The notes below the pieces were generated by a model. It saw only the letters and a list, made by a program, of their open reading frames with translations. It had not been told where the DNA came from and searched no databases. From a virus, in IMG/VR virus record IMGVR_UViG_3300017973_000001, positions 1 to 64,000 of that record: a DNA stretch of 64,000 nucleotides; one strand, 5' to 3'. Positions 40,467 through 49,958 of this stretch are shown here, one piece after another (positions within the stretch are counted from its first letter, which is position 1; each line of letters begins with the position of its first letter). A program made the translations under genes and the position numbers.

Positions 40467-40991
40467 ATGCGAGGTATAAATGAAATATTAGACGTACTAG
40501 AGCAAGCAAAAGATGTTTTGGGAGGTTTGGCCGGAGTTGATTTTAACTACTCACCACGATCACTAGAAAAGCTTGAAGTAGCTCTTAACGATATGTTCCC
40601 TTTTGGTAGAAAGACAGATGTTGCAGTATCAATACTGATAGGAGTTTACTTAGGTGAAGTAATCGTTAGGAACATAAAAGAAGCAAGTTGGGGTGAGTTC
40701 AACACAAAAGACCCTTTTGAGACAGAAGTTATAGTAAAAAAAGGTGAGATGACTGGTCATGTAAAACCTTTATTGAGGGCGTATAAGTTCCTTAATAGAG
40801 ATAGAACTGACGCTTTATCAGTATTTTATTATATGAATAAAGCTATGCTAGAAGATAAATTAAAGCACAATACGGGGGCTGAGTGGCAAGAAGATGGTCC
40901 CTATATGTATCGCTCATTAAAAGTCACTAAAGAAGAACATGAAGCTGGCTTAAGCTACGAGCAAATACTTGAAAATAGAAAGAAAAACTAA
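40467..40991 (+). CDS. DUF3806-like (immunity-protein-like) protein
   Basis: DFNYSPRSLEKLE...GVYLGEVIVRN...W; own TGnTATAAT promoter and terminator. Confidence 0.5.
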   Translation: MRGINEILDVLEQAKDVLGGLAGVDFNYSPRSLEKLEVALNDMFPFGRKTDVAVSILIGVYLGEVIVRNIKEASWGEFNTKDPFETEVIVKKGEMTGHVKPLLRAYKFLNRDRTDALSVFYYMNKAMLEDKLKHNTGAEWQEDGPYMYRSLKVTKEEHEAGLSYEQILENRKKN

Positions 40992-40999
40992 AGGACGGA

Positions 41000-41218
41000 T
41001 TAATTTCCGTCCTTTTCTATTGATGACATATGTAGATGGCCTAACACTTGTATTAATTGGCCCTCATCTGCAATTACTTCTTCAGCTTCACCATTTGTTG
41101 ACTCATTAATCTTGTCCTGGATCAACTGGGTGGCCGGGCTATCTTCACCAAAGAAAATTGTACATAACTGCAACCAGTTACCTAATGTACTATCCAGTCC
41201 CGTAGAAAGCTTTCTCAT
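41000..41218 (-). CDS. Hypothetical protein
   Basis: Probable ATG 41218 after GAGGAG. Confidence 0.55.
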   Translation of the reverse strand: MRKLSTGLDSTLGNWLQLCTIFFGEDSPATQLIQDKINESTNGEAEEVIADEGQLIQVLGHLHMSSIEKDGN

Positions 41219-41229
41219 ATTATTACTCC

Positions 41230-41466
41230 TCATCCAAACGATTTTCTAGCGTCTGCTTCATTATCGAATAATCTACAGCCCCAATAAGTTAATTGGTCTG
41301 CGTTGTAATATGTAGCAAACTCCGGATTTTTAAGTGCGTATAGATCACAAGCCTCCTGGAAAGAAGTTGCTTTCTCAGAACCGAAATAATTTGCAAATCC
41401 ATATTCACCAGTTGCTCTAAATCCTTCAGACCATATATGGTAAATTTTTTCATTTACTTTAGTCAT
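41230..41466 (-). CDS. Hypothetical phage protein
   Basis: ORF in minus-strand operon; WGCRLFDNEADARKSFG. Confidence 0.6.
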   Translation of the reverse strand: MTKVNEKIYHIWSEGFRATGEYGFANYFGSEKATSFQEACDLYALKNPEFATYYNADQLTYWGCRLFDNEADARKSFG

Positions 41467-41470
41467 TGTC

Positions 41471-41980
41471 TTACCCTTCCTCCTTATATTTAACGTCCCC
41501 TAATCCTATTACCCAATCAAACTTCCATCTGAACCAATGAGTTGATTCACAGTCCCACCCGTACATGCTATATTCAGACCAACGAGTAGCCCACTGCCCT
41601 TCTCTAGTTAAACTAACTGCGTCATAATCTTCAGCTACTTTATTAAAGTCAATGGTACCGAATGTTCTAAAATCGTTAAAAAAAGCAAGTGGCCCTTCAG
41701 TTACCGGATACTTTTCCATTAAATGTTTTGCCGACATCTCATCATTTACTGTATAAATACGTGCGTCCTTAGAAGGTACTAGAATACTAGAAGCCCATTT
41801 CCCATCTTTAGGTACCCTAAATTCTTCAGCCAAGCACCACTGTACCCAGTCGCTCCCGTATTCACTTTCATATGTAGAAGTCCATAATCCTCCACCGGCT
41901 TTAATTGCTAAGTGTGGTACCAACGGTCTCAGTTGGCCTTTAACTAAATTACTATTACCTACGTGTAATTGTTTCTCCAT
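41471..41980 (-). CDS. Hypothetical phage protein, possible ADP-ribosyltransferase-like fold
   Basis: H...GGLWTS...YDAV...WDCES pattern. Confidence 0.4.
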   Translation of the reverse strand: MEKQLHVGNSNLVKGQLRPLVPHLAIKAGGGLWTSTYESEYGSDWVQWCLAEEFRVPKDGKWASSILVPSKDARIYTVNDEMSAKHLMEKYPVTEGPLAFFNDFRTFGTIDFNKVAEDYDAVSLTREGQWATRWSEYSMYGWDCESTHWFRWKFDWVIGLGDVKYKEEG

Positions 41981-42222
41981 GTTGTTTATATCCCCTTACA
42001 TACAAAAACCCACCCTACATGAGAGTGGTAAAAATAATAACATTATGTGCATTATACCATACTTATTAACCTATAAATATCTTACATTTGGACCAAAAAT
42101 CGTCACCTATTTTTTAAAAATTTCACGTACCATAAGTTTAAGAAAACTTATATTTAAAAAATAAATTCTTTAAGGTTTGCTTTAATCGACTCTCCCCTAC
42201 TTCGTATAAATTAACCGAGGGA

Positions 42223-43290
42223 GTGATTAAAATGGATCAAAATGAATTACTTCAAAAAATACGTTCAGAATTTGGTGAGCAATCAATGTTCATCTTAGGT
42301 AAAGAAGAAAAATTAATGGATATTAAGGTGCGCCCTTCGGGTTCCCTTCTATTAGATATAGCTTTGGGTGGTGGCTACCCTCAAGGTAGAGTACTTGAAC
42401 TTAATGGTAGAGAAAAGTCCGGTAAGACAACATTACTTAATCTATTAATTGCTGAGTCTCAACTACTTGAACCGGAAAAGACTTGTGCGATTATCGACCT
42501 GGAACACTCTTTTAATCCGGAGTGGGCTAAGAAATTGGGTGTTGATGTAGATAAATTATTCATTACTCAACCGGATACCTACGCTGAGAAAATATTTGAA
42601 ATGATAGAGTTTATGCTGAAAAGTAAAAAGTTCTCTATTATTGGATTAGATTCTATAGCCGGTTTAATCTCAAAAGCTGAGATCGAGGAAGAAAACTATG
42701 AGAATAACTCCCAGGTTGGTGGAACGTCTAAGTTAAATGCTAGAGCAATGAGGAAAATTGTTAATAGTGGTCTTTTAACAGACAGTGGGACAAGCCTGGT
42801 ATTCATCAATCAATTACGTGATAAAATCGGTGGATTTTCTATGTATGGGCCACAGACTACTACGGGTGGTGGCCGAGCTCTGAAACATGCTTATAGCCAG
42901 GTTTTAGAAGTTTCTATTGGAGATTACTTCTCTAAAGGGCAAGGAGATAAAAAGAAAGTATTAGGTCAGCAGATTAAAGTAAAAGTTGCTAAGAATAAGA
43001 TAGCTCCCCCTTTCCGTACTGCTACGATTGATGTTTATTATGAAAATGGTATAGATCGTGTGAGAGAACTTGTACTGGTAGCTAAAGAGATCGGGGTTCT
43101 TCAAGGAACTAGTTGGCTGAAGTTTGTAAATCCTTCTACTGGTGAGATTTACTCAGATGAGGATGGTAAAGAAATTAAATGGAATGGTACAGATAAAACT
43201 TGTGAAGCCCTGGTACAAGATATACAAGAAAATAATGGTATCCTTTACTCACTTCTAGAAGCAACCGTACATGAGACACTTAGGGGGTAA
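42223..43290 (+). CDS. recA: RecA recombinase
   Basis: LDIALGGGYPQGR, GREKSGKTT, FINQLR, GGRALKH, KNKIAPPFR. Confidence 0.97.
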   Translation: MIKMDQNELLQKIRSEFGEQSMFILGKEEKLMDIKVRPSGSLLLDIALGGGYPQGRVLELNGREKSGKTTLLNLLIAESQLLEPEKTCAIIDLEHSFNPEWAKKLGVDVDKLFITQPDTYAEKIFEMIEFMLKSKKFSIIGLDSIAGLISKAEIEEENYENNSQVGGTSKLNARAMRKIVNSGLLTDSGTSLVFINQLRDKIGGFSMYGPQTTTGGGRALKHAYSQVLEVSIGDYFSKGQGDKKKVLGQQIKVKVAKNKIAPPFRTATIDVYYENGIDRVRELVLVAKEIGVLQGTSWLKFVNPSTGEIYSDEDGKEIKWNGTDKTCEALVQDIQENNGILYSLLEATVHETLRG

Positions 43291-43295
43291 TCAAA

Positions 43296-43538
43296 ATGAC
43301 TATTGGAGTTAGCTTAATGGCAGTCGCTATTTCAATCGTTATATCATCTTTGATTAAATATAGTTTTTTAGCTTACAAGTCACGTATGAGTGACAAAATC
43401 TACAAAGAAGCATTAAATCATGTAATAGTTCATGATAAAGAGCAGATTATTCATTCAATTAGTGTAGGTGTTTTACGCAAATATGACGGGATGGTGCGAA
43501 ATGAAGCTGACCGAGTATACACGAAAGCTATCTCATAA
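43296..43538 (+). CDS. Small protein with N-terminal TM anchor
   Basis: Hydrophobic N-terminus. Confidence 0.55.
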   Translation: MTIGVSLMAVAISIVISSLIKYSFLAYKSRMSDKIYKEALNHVIVHDKEQIIHSISVGVLRKYDGMVRNEADRVYTKAIS

Positions 43539-43848
43539 TGAAGTCTTAATTAATCTTTATGCAAGGCAATCATTAGTTTTAAAAGCTTTAGCTGATGTTC
43601 CGGACGGGGCAAGTGCAAGTGAACTAGCCTTACTAATCTATCAAAAAGGTTTAGTACCTACACCGGATCGTAACCGTACCCACCCTCGATTGAATGAGCT
43701 TGAAAAATTAGGTGTTGTTACTGCTCAAAGTAAACGTAGATGTAGGGTAACTGGTAAAACTGTATCAATCTATCGATTGGAGGACGGGGTTTATGAGCAA
43801 ATCATTAGGTCAGATGAGGAGCAATCGCCAGGAGAGACGGATAACTAA
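43501..43848 (+). CDS. Winged-HTH DNA-binding protein
   Basis: ASELA...RNRTHPRLNELEKLG...CRVTGK; probable ATG 43501. Confidence 0.7.
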   Translation: MKLTEYTRKLSHNEVLINLYARQSLVLKALADVPDGASASELALLIYQKGLVPTPDRNRTHPRLNELEKLGVVTAQSKRRCRVTGKTVSIYRLEDGVYEQIIRSDEEQSPGETDN

Positions 43849-44149
43849 GTCTCTAAAAGAAATTGGTCTGCAAGCACGTCAGCAAATCAGCTCCGGTTCC
43901 TTATGGTTTGCTAAATCAGATGTAGTTTCTGAACTGCTTCAGATAGAAGCAAAAACAAAAGCTACTGAATCTAAGACTATTACTATTAAGAAAGAATGGC
44001 ATGACAAGATTGAGTTTGAAGCTTTTCAAAATAGCAAAGTTCCGGCCATTGTCTATTCTTTCGGTACCAACACAGACTACTTCGCTTTACGTGATAAAGA
44101 TTTTTTAGCGTTAATAGAAGAATTAGTTGAACTGAGGAAAGGTAAATGA
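43793..44149 (+). CDS. Second Holliday junction resolvase-like nuclease
   Basis: QE, SGS, KSDV, IEAK. Confidence 0.75.
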   Translation: MSKSLGQMRSNRQERRITKSLKEIGLQARQQISSGSLWFAKSDVVSELLQIEAKTKATESKTITIKKEWHDKIEFEAFQNSKVPAIVYSFGTNTDYFALRDKDFLALIEELVELRKGK

Positions 44150-44496
44150 AGCAAATGAAAGTAATGACAGTAGGGTTTAACCCAACACAATTTAAAGAAG
44201 ATCACCGATTCCTATACGCTCACCATATTCCAGGTGTTCCGGAAGGGTTTACGGAAAAAGAGTATTATAGATTATGCGAGCGCCACTTATATTCTTCATA
44301 CGTAGTTATCGTTAATTTAGATAAAGTTCACTATGATATAGATGAAATCGTAGTTTTACATAAAGCATTTTTGGATAATAAACCAATCTTTGCTATTGGT
44401 GAGAACATTAATAAAACGTTTTTTGACCACTTCGTTACTCAGCACTTTTTAACCCTAGCTGAGCTCCACGATCACCTAACTGCTCACTATTTTTAA
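44146..44496 (+). CDS. Hypothetical protein (possible deoxyribosyltransferase-like fold)
   Basis: SYVVIVNL...EIVV...NKPIFAIG. Confidence 0.35.
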   Translation: MKQMKVMTVGFNPTQFKEDHRFLYAHHIPGVPEGFTEKEYYRLCERHLYSSYVVIVNLDKVHYDIDEIVVLHKAFLDNKPIFAIGENINKTFFDHFVTQHFLTLAELHDHLTAHYF

Positions 44497-44501
44497 GAGA
44501 C

Positions 44502-44699
44502 CTAATTGGTCTCTTTTTTTATTTGCTTACTGTAGTACGTAGTGAAAAATACTTGTAATGAAAGAAAGATTATAAGCGTTAATACCAGGTATGTTCTATA
44601 TGAAATGCCTGGAAAAATTTCACCAATCGTAACACTTATTATGAAAGCAACTAAAGGTGGCAATATTGCCCTAAACAATAATCCTTTTAACGTATTCAA
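44502..44699 (-). CDS. Small 2-TM membrane protein, paralog of 32962..33162
   Basis: Shared LLFRAILPPLVA and QVFF.TYY; TTG start. Confidence 0.75.
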   Translation of the reverse strand: MNTLKGLLFRAILPPLVAFIISVTIGEIFPGISYRTYLVLTLIIFLSLQVFFTTYYSKQIKKETN

Positions 44700-44737
44700 G
44701 CCCTCACTCCTTTACTATACTAATGACCGAAACGTAA

Positions 44738-44959
44738 TTAAAAATCTATTTCAGAATCACTTATAAAATCTTTTTTAAGACACTTAGGACAAACAAATAA
44801 ATGATATTCTTCATTATCCCACGGTTCCCAAAACCACTCTGGATTACCTCTATTAATATCTTCTTCATGTTGTCTTAAAGTTTTTGCAGTTACATTACAA
44901 TCTGTACAAACAACAGAAAAATTCTTTTTTTGCAAGAACATAAAATCACTCCTCAGCAT
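44738..44959 (-). CDS. Zinc-ribbon hypothetical protein
   Basis: CTDC...CPKC. Confidence 0.6.
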   Translation of the reverse strand: MLRSDFMFLQKKNFSVVCTDCNVTAKTLRQHEEDINRGNPEWFWEPWDNEEYHLFVCPKCLKKDFISDSEIDF

Positions 44960-45101
44960 TATTTACCCTAAGTTCATCTTTAGGTATTCGTATAAGCTCC
45001 CCTTCTTCTTCAAACCAGGGTTCAGTTACTAAATATTCCGTTTTACCTTCACCTACTACAGAATAAGTTTTCCCTTTATATTCAATGACTTTAATATCCA
45101 T
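44946..45101 (-). CDS. 51-aa hypothetical protein (not in ORF track)
   Basis: MDIKVIEYKGKTYSVVGEG...; RBS AAGGAG. Confidence 0.6.
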   Translation of the reverse strand: MDIKVIEYKGKTYSVVGEGKTEYLVTEPWFEEEGELIRIPKDELRVNNAEE

Positions 45102-45149
45102 CTTCTACTCCTTGTACTCTACTTCTGTTTCCACTTCACGGACCATACG

Positions 45150-45524
45150 TTAATCAATTCCGAAAGGTAACTTCTTTTCATGTAACACCCATAAATGGTA
45201 CATATCTGCCTGGTCAATTAGTTCGCTTTCTTTAGGAAATACCTCGATAGATACACTTTCTTTACCAAACAAATCATTTTTTATACTTTGCTTTTCTGAC
45301 CAATCCGGTTGTTCATGCGCAGTTATGGTAACGTGAGTAACCTTCCCCCATTCGGTTTGTAAATCCCTCATCATACAGACAACTTGATTATCATTTCTCC
45401 TATAAACTCTATCTAGTTCACCAAACCATCCTTCCCCTCTTTTGAGTTCTTTTGGAGAAGGGTGTTTTGTCCATCCTACAATTTGGTGGCCTCTTTCTTG
45501 TTGTCTACGTTCTGCTCTATTCAT
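45150..45524 (-). CDS. Conserved phage hypothetical protein
   Basis: HVTI...PDWSEKQSIKNDLFG...EVFP...MYHLW pattern. Confidence 0.6.
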   Translation of the reverse strand: MNRAERRQQERGHQIVGWTKHPSPKELKRGEGWFGELDRVYRRNDNQVVCMMRDLQTEWGKVTHVTITAHEQPDWSEKQSIKNDLFGKESVSIEVFPKESELIDQADMYHLWVLHEKKLPFGID

Positions 45525-45627
45525 ATGTATATCAATTCTCCTTTTCTTACTTCAATTACTTAATTATATCTCCCCCACTTCTTATAAATAAAGAGGTAGC
45601 ACCTAACAATTAAGGGGGATTTTTTCC

Positions 45628-46038
45628 ATGATGACTATTAAAACTGAAGAACAACAAGTTACTGAATTAATGCTTGAATCATTAATCGAGAAGTTTATCC
45701 ATGTTCCAAAAAATATGCATGACAACCTTCAAGAAAACGGTCAATCAGAAAAAGTAAATGTATGGTTTGCCGGCAAGGTGGCCGGTTTCGAAAAAGCAGT
45801 TATCCGTTATGACTATGAAACTGCTACTTATGTAGACGAGGCAAAAATCTATTACAACGTACTTCTAAGTGATGGTATGGCTTACGTACTAGGTGAAGAA
45901 GTTGTAATTAACTTAATCAGTGAAGATGAGTTTGCTGACTTACTTGCTAGATTCCAAGCTGAAAATTCAATGACTGAGGCTGGCCAAGAGATCATTGAAG
46001 GTCAAAACAAGATTTTAATTCCCGGTGAGGATTTCTAA
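45628..46038 (+). CDS. Hypothetical acidic protein
   Basis: RBS GGGGG, phage promoter upstream. Confidence 0.65.
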   Translation: MMTIKTEEQQVTELMLESLIEKFIHVPKNMHDNLQENGQSEKVNVWFAGKVAGFEKAVIRYDYETATYVDEAKIYYNVLLSDGMAYVLGEEVVINLISEDEFADLLARFQAENSMTEAGQEIIEGQNKILIPGEDF

Positions 46039-46739
46039 TGAAAGACTTTCACACGGAACTAGAAAAACACTTGTCAGCTAAGAGTGAAATGTTCCCGGAG
46101 GTTGGGGCTAAATCAAGTCCCCTCCCTCCTATTATCGCTTTTGAAGGTATAGACGCATGTGGTAAAGAGACTCAAACAAAAATGTTATCTGAAGCGTTAC
46201 ATAACTCCGGATACATGGTTTGGTCTGAGACATTCCCTCGTTATCATACCCCAATCGGTAAATTAATCCGTTCCTGGTTAACTGGGAAGGTTGCAATAAA
46301 TGATGAAGCTTTACACATGCTCTATGAAGCTGACCGTTACGACTTTAAATTCGAGCTTGAGTTCTTTGAAGATAACCATGACGTATGTGACTTAATCATC
46401 TTAGATCGTTTCACTTTATCGAATTTAGCTTTTGCTAAGGCTAAAGGAATTGACGAGTCCTGGTTACTCAAATTGCAGTCTGCAATTCCGAAACCGGACT
46501 TAACCATCATTTTAGATATACCAGTAGAGGAGTCATTCAGCCGTAGAACTACTAGAGATAAGCATGAGAAAGACACTGAACTACTAGGTAAAGTGAGAAA
46601 TGAATACAAAGAGCTAGCTAAAAACTCTAGCAAACTAGGTCAACAAATTATCATCCTAGACGGTACTAAAAGTCCTCAAGCAATACACGAAAATATCATG
46701 ACGTTCATACATAAAAACTCAATAATACCAACGCTTTGA
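46038..46739 (+). CDS. tmk: Thymidylate kinase
   Basis: FEGIDACGKETQ, FPRY, ILDRF..SNLAF, PKPDL. Confidence 0.93.
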   Translation: MKDFHTELEKHLSAKSEMFPEVGAKSSPLPPIIAFEGIDACGKETQTKMLSEALHNSGYMVWSETFPRYHTPIGKLIRSWLTGKVAINDEALHMLYEADRYDFKFELEFFEDNHDVCDLIILDRFTLSNLAFAKAKGIDESWLLKLQSAIPKPDLTIILDIPVEESFSRRTTRDKHEKDTELLGKVRNEYKELAKNSSKLGQQIIILDGTKSPQAIHENIMTFIHKNSIIPTL

Positions 46740-46781
46740 CCCCATCTGTCTATCCTAAATGTGAAAAGGAGGTTGAAAATT

Positions 46782-47090
46782 ATGAAAGTTTTTAAAGATG
46801 ACATAATCCGTGAGTATTCACAACGTCAAGGCATTAATGGTTCTGAAGCTAAAAGACGTTTCGACGACATAATCGACATTATTACTGAAAATCTTATTGC
46901 CGGTAATGACATAAAAATACCTAACTTCTTTAACTTCTTTGTAAAAGAATTGAAAGCTAAGCCAGGTATTAATCCGATCACAAAGGACCCAATCATTATC
47001 CAGGCAACTAAGACGATCCAGGTCAAAATGACAAAGCCATTAAAGGATCAGTTAAAGGCTAACAATCTACCAAAATACTTATACGAATAA
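46782..47090 (+). CDS. hup: HU/IHF-like DNA-binding protein
   Basis: IPNFFNF...GINPITKDPI; probable ATG 46782 after AGGAGG. Confidence 0.85.
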   Translation: MKVFKDDIIREYSQRQGINGSEAKRRFDDIIDIITENLIAGNDIKIPNFFNFFVKELKAKPGINPITKDPIIIQATKTIQVKMTKPLKDQLKANNLPKYLYE

Positions 47091-47114
47091 ACTATCAAAG
47101 GAGGGCTCAACATC

Positions 47115-47906
47115 TTGTTACCACATCACATTCAACAAAATCTACAACAAAATAAACTATACTACTCAATGGATGAAGTTGAGAACATAATCAGAGCTAA
47201 AACTGACGCTGATTATTTGGGTGATGTAGTCATTGCAAACGAAAGTTTAATATGGCATGCAGTATACAAGTATGTTGGTAGCCCTAAATACATAACCCGA
47301 AATGGTGGCCTTGAAAAAGACGACATTCTTCAGTTAGGTCGCTTAGGTTTTATAAAAGCCGTTTATGCATTTGATATTAACCGTGGTGTCAAATTTAGTA
47401 GTTTCTCAGTGACGGCCATATTTAGAGAAGTACGTTGTTTTTTACGTGATAGCTCTAGTATTATTCGTCCTACACGTACTGCTAATAGCTTAATAAATAG
47501 ATTGCGTTCACTAGAATTGAAGTTAGGCTACCTACCCCATACATCTGAATTATCAGTGTTATTGGATGAGGATGAATCTAAGATTATTAAAGCATTATTA
47601 GTAGGTCAAAATATCAAATATTTGGACGAGCCAGTAAAAAGTAAGATTGAATTTTTGGAGATACCAATATCAATGACTGATAACTTATTGTCAGACATTG
47701 ATGAAGATACCATTCTTGATGAAGTGTATCTAAACAACATCACCGAAAAATTGGCTCAGAAATTGACTGACGTTGAAATGGAAGTCTTTAAAAATAGACT
47801 ATCCGGGTTGAATCAGACTCAAACTGCTAAAAAGCAAAACATATCTCAAATGCGAGTTTCTAGGATCACTAGAAAAATAGCTAAGTTAATTCGAGAAGAA
47901 ATGTAA
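47115..47906 (+). CDS. Sporulation-type (SigF/SigG/SigB family) sigma factor
   Basis: DDILQLGRLGFIKAVYAFD..RGVKFSSF, EVRCFLRD, Q.QTAK..ISQMRVSRI. Confidence 0.9.
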   Translation: MLPHHIQQNLQQNKLYYSMDEVENIIRAKTDADYLGDVVIANESLIWHAVYKYVGSPKYITRNGGLEKDDILQLGRLGFIKAVYAFDINRGVKFSSFSVTAIFREVRCFLRDSSSIIRPTRTANSLINRLRSLELKLGYLPHTSELSVLLDEDESKIIKALLVGQNIKYLDEPVKSKIEFLEIPISMTDNLLSDIDEDTILDEVYLNNITEKLAQKLTDVEMEVFKNRLSGLNQTQTAKKQNISQMRVSRITRKIAKLIREEM

Positions 47907-47929
47907 GCTAGGAATATACCTAGCTTTTT

Positions 47930-48040
47930 CTATTCGCAATCCTCACATGTTCTTGGGTGGCCTGGGGCTTTCTCATCAATAAACACCCCACAAAATTGAC
48001 ATAAATATCCTTCAATGACTAATTCAGCTACTTCGCCCAT
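47930..48040 (-). CDS. 36-aa zinc-finger peptide (not in ORF track)
   Basis: MGEVAELVIEGYLCQFCG...PRTCEDCE; RBS AAGGGGAG. Confidence 0.7.
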   Translation of the reverse strand: MGEVAELVIEGYLCQFCGVFIDEKAPGHPRTCEDCE

Positions 48041-48069
48041 TATTACTCCCCTTTTCTTGTTGTATTATT

Positions 48070-49512
48070 CTAGAAGACCTCGGAAGTATCTCCGAATGAC
48101 ATAGCAACCCTTACAAACTCAGTCACATTGTCAAACTTAGTCCTTATAGACCTTAGTGAATTTGCTAGGAAATCTGCTATTATCCCATTCAAATCATGTG
48201 GGTATAGATTTATCCCCTTTTTAACCAATGTTTTCACAGTTGAATAAGCCTCATCTTTTGTAAAGCTTAAGTCTTTCACTAACCGATTGCAAATATCCCC
48301 CGGATATTCCTTAACTACTTCTACTGCTTCAGCATTAGGTTTATTCTCAAGCCAATTATGGAACGGTATCTTGCCAGTGTATGGAGTCTCCACTTTAGGT
48401 TCCAATTCATCTTTTGCTATTTGGTTGGTTTTTTGATTACCAATTTCATTGTCTATGAACCTAGCAAAACAACTTCCAGGAGACGAAACTGCATTTTTAT
48501 ATTTATACTTCTTGTAGTCAATTAAAGTTTGTTGGACTACTAAGTTAGAAATCTCAGTATGCCTGTACACCTTATATAGCTTATTAAGTGCTTGTAGTAT
48601 CTGCCCTTCTGTAAACCCATTGTTAGACATTACTTGATAAATATTTTGATAACTTAAATTAGTTTGTAACACATTTAATATTTCTTCGTCATCATGCTTT
48701 TTCTTTGGTTCTATTTCTTGATTATATTCATATTCTGTTATAGGAGCCTTATCATGATGATTATTATATAGTGTATTACCATTATAAGTATGGAAAGTAA
48801 GTATGCTTATTAATAGGGATTCAATTCGTTGAACCTGGTCGCTTAACTCATTTGAACCCCCTATTTCTACTGAAGTGTTGGTATCACTAGGTTTTTCGGG
48901 AGGAGCTTCAGATTGAACTTCTTTTTGAACCCCTGGAATTTTGAACCCTTCAGCTTCAGCTAGGTCCTCTATAGTTATTCCGTTTTTACGCATAAGCTCA
49001 CGGATTTTATCTATTGGGCTAACTGCGTTTTTTAAGCGAGTAATTAGACTCTTTTTAGCCCCTTCAATACCGGATTTACGGTGTTTAACGTTAAGCTCCT
49101 TATGGTTGCGTACTTTAACAAGAGGTTTATTACGTAACTCATAATCCCCTAATGGATAGTTCTGAATTATAACGACTGTTTTAGGAGTTCCAGTTGTATG
49201 TTCATTGGATTTTACAAAGTCTACTAACCCGTAGTCATACATTATGTTTAAATATTTACGCATTGTGTTAGAGGCTATACCACGGATTCTAGCCAACCCT
49301 TTAATTCCGTATGTAATTCTTCCAACGTTACTCTCTTTAGTACGAGTAGCCATTGTATGTAGTTTACATAGTTCTAAGTAGACCTTGTCCCCTAATACGC
49401 CAATCCATTGGTCAATGCATGTATATGAATTAAACGGTATATATAATTCATTACGTTTACGTTTTTTCTGTACATCAATATCTATAATATTTTCTGCATG
49501 CGAAAAAGACAT
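48070..49512 (-). CDS. Plasmid-type replication initiator (N-terminal wHTH)
   Basis: DQWIGVLG..VY..L..LHT..., HTH GIKGLARIRGIASNTMRKYL...YGLV; long leader with countertranscript; next to parMR. Confidence 0.6.
   Translation of the reverse strand: MSFSHAENIIDIDVQKKRKRNELYIPFNSYTCIDQWIGVLGDKVYLELCKLHTMATRTKESNVGRITYGIKGLARIRGIASNTMRKYLNIMYDYGLVDFVKSNEHTTGTPKTVVIIQNYPLGDYELRNKPLVKVRNHKELNVKHRKSGIEGAKKSLITRLKNAVSPIDKIRELMRKNGITIEDLAEAEGFKIPGVQKEVQSEAPPEKPSDTNTSVEIGGSNELSDQVQRIESLLISILTFHTYNGNTLYNNHHDKAPITEYEYNQEIEPKKKHDDEEILNVLQTNLSYQNIYQVMSNNGFTEGQILQALNKLYKVYRHTEISNLVVQQTLIDYKKYKYKNAVSSPGSCFARFIDNEIGNQKTNQIAKDELEPKVETPYTGKIPFHNWLENKPNAEAVEVVKEYPGDICNRLVKDLSFTKDEAYSTVKTLVKKGINLYPHDLNGIIADFLANSLRSIRTKFDNVTEFVRVAMSFGDTSEVF
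48829..48947. repeat. Five TTGAAC(C/T) direct repeats inside rep (candidate iterons)
   Basis: Copies at 48829, 48852, 48913, 48925 and 48941, beside an AT-rich tract. Confidence 0.5.
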
Positions 49513-49683
49513 TATTATGCGATCCTCCTACAGAGTGGTCCCCAAAGAAAACCTCACACACACAACAACGTCTCTCTTTATCTATCTCTATATCTGTCTA
49601 TTTACCCATAGATTTATTAAAATTTATATTATATTCTATTAAAATATGTAATATTTTTTTAATAAAAAATGTACGGTAAAACC

Positions 49684-49712
49684 TTGCATACCCCTAATTT
49701 TATATGTATAAT
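49684..49712 (+). promoter_or_regulatory. SigA promoter for rep countertranscript
   Basis: TTGCAT-N17-TATAAT with extended TG. Confidence 0.75.
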
Positions 49713-49717
49713 GGGGT

Positions 49718-49800
49718 TATCAATATTGTTTAAGCGTTTTTATACGCTTTGTTGTTGTGTGAGTGGTGAACTTTGGACGGTTGAACCACTCTTTTTTTTA
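49718..49800 (+). ncRNA. Antisense (ctRNA-like) RNA to the rep leader
   Basis: Promoter, AAGCGT/ACGCTT stem, GAGTGGT...ACCACTC hairpin plus T8; antisense to rep 5'UTR. Confidence 0.65.
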
Positions 49801-49958
49801 TTTGATTAAGCACATAATACCATTGTCTAAAACGTTTGCATAGTCCCTATTTTAAATTTCCATAAAATATAAATATTTAGAACATTGTAAAATATACGGT
49901 AACACCATATAAATAAAGAGCTCCTAATGTGGGAGCTCTTTTTGTTTGTCGAAATGTT

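Noticed and set aside
46731-46760. tmk ends CTT TGA C, like prfB
   Set aside because: No SD 3 nt upstream and the +1 frame hits TAA within a few codons; likely chance
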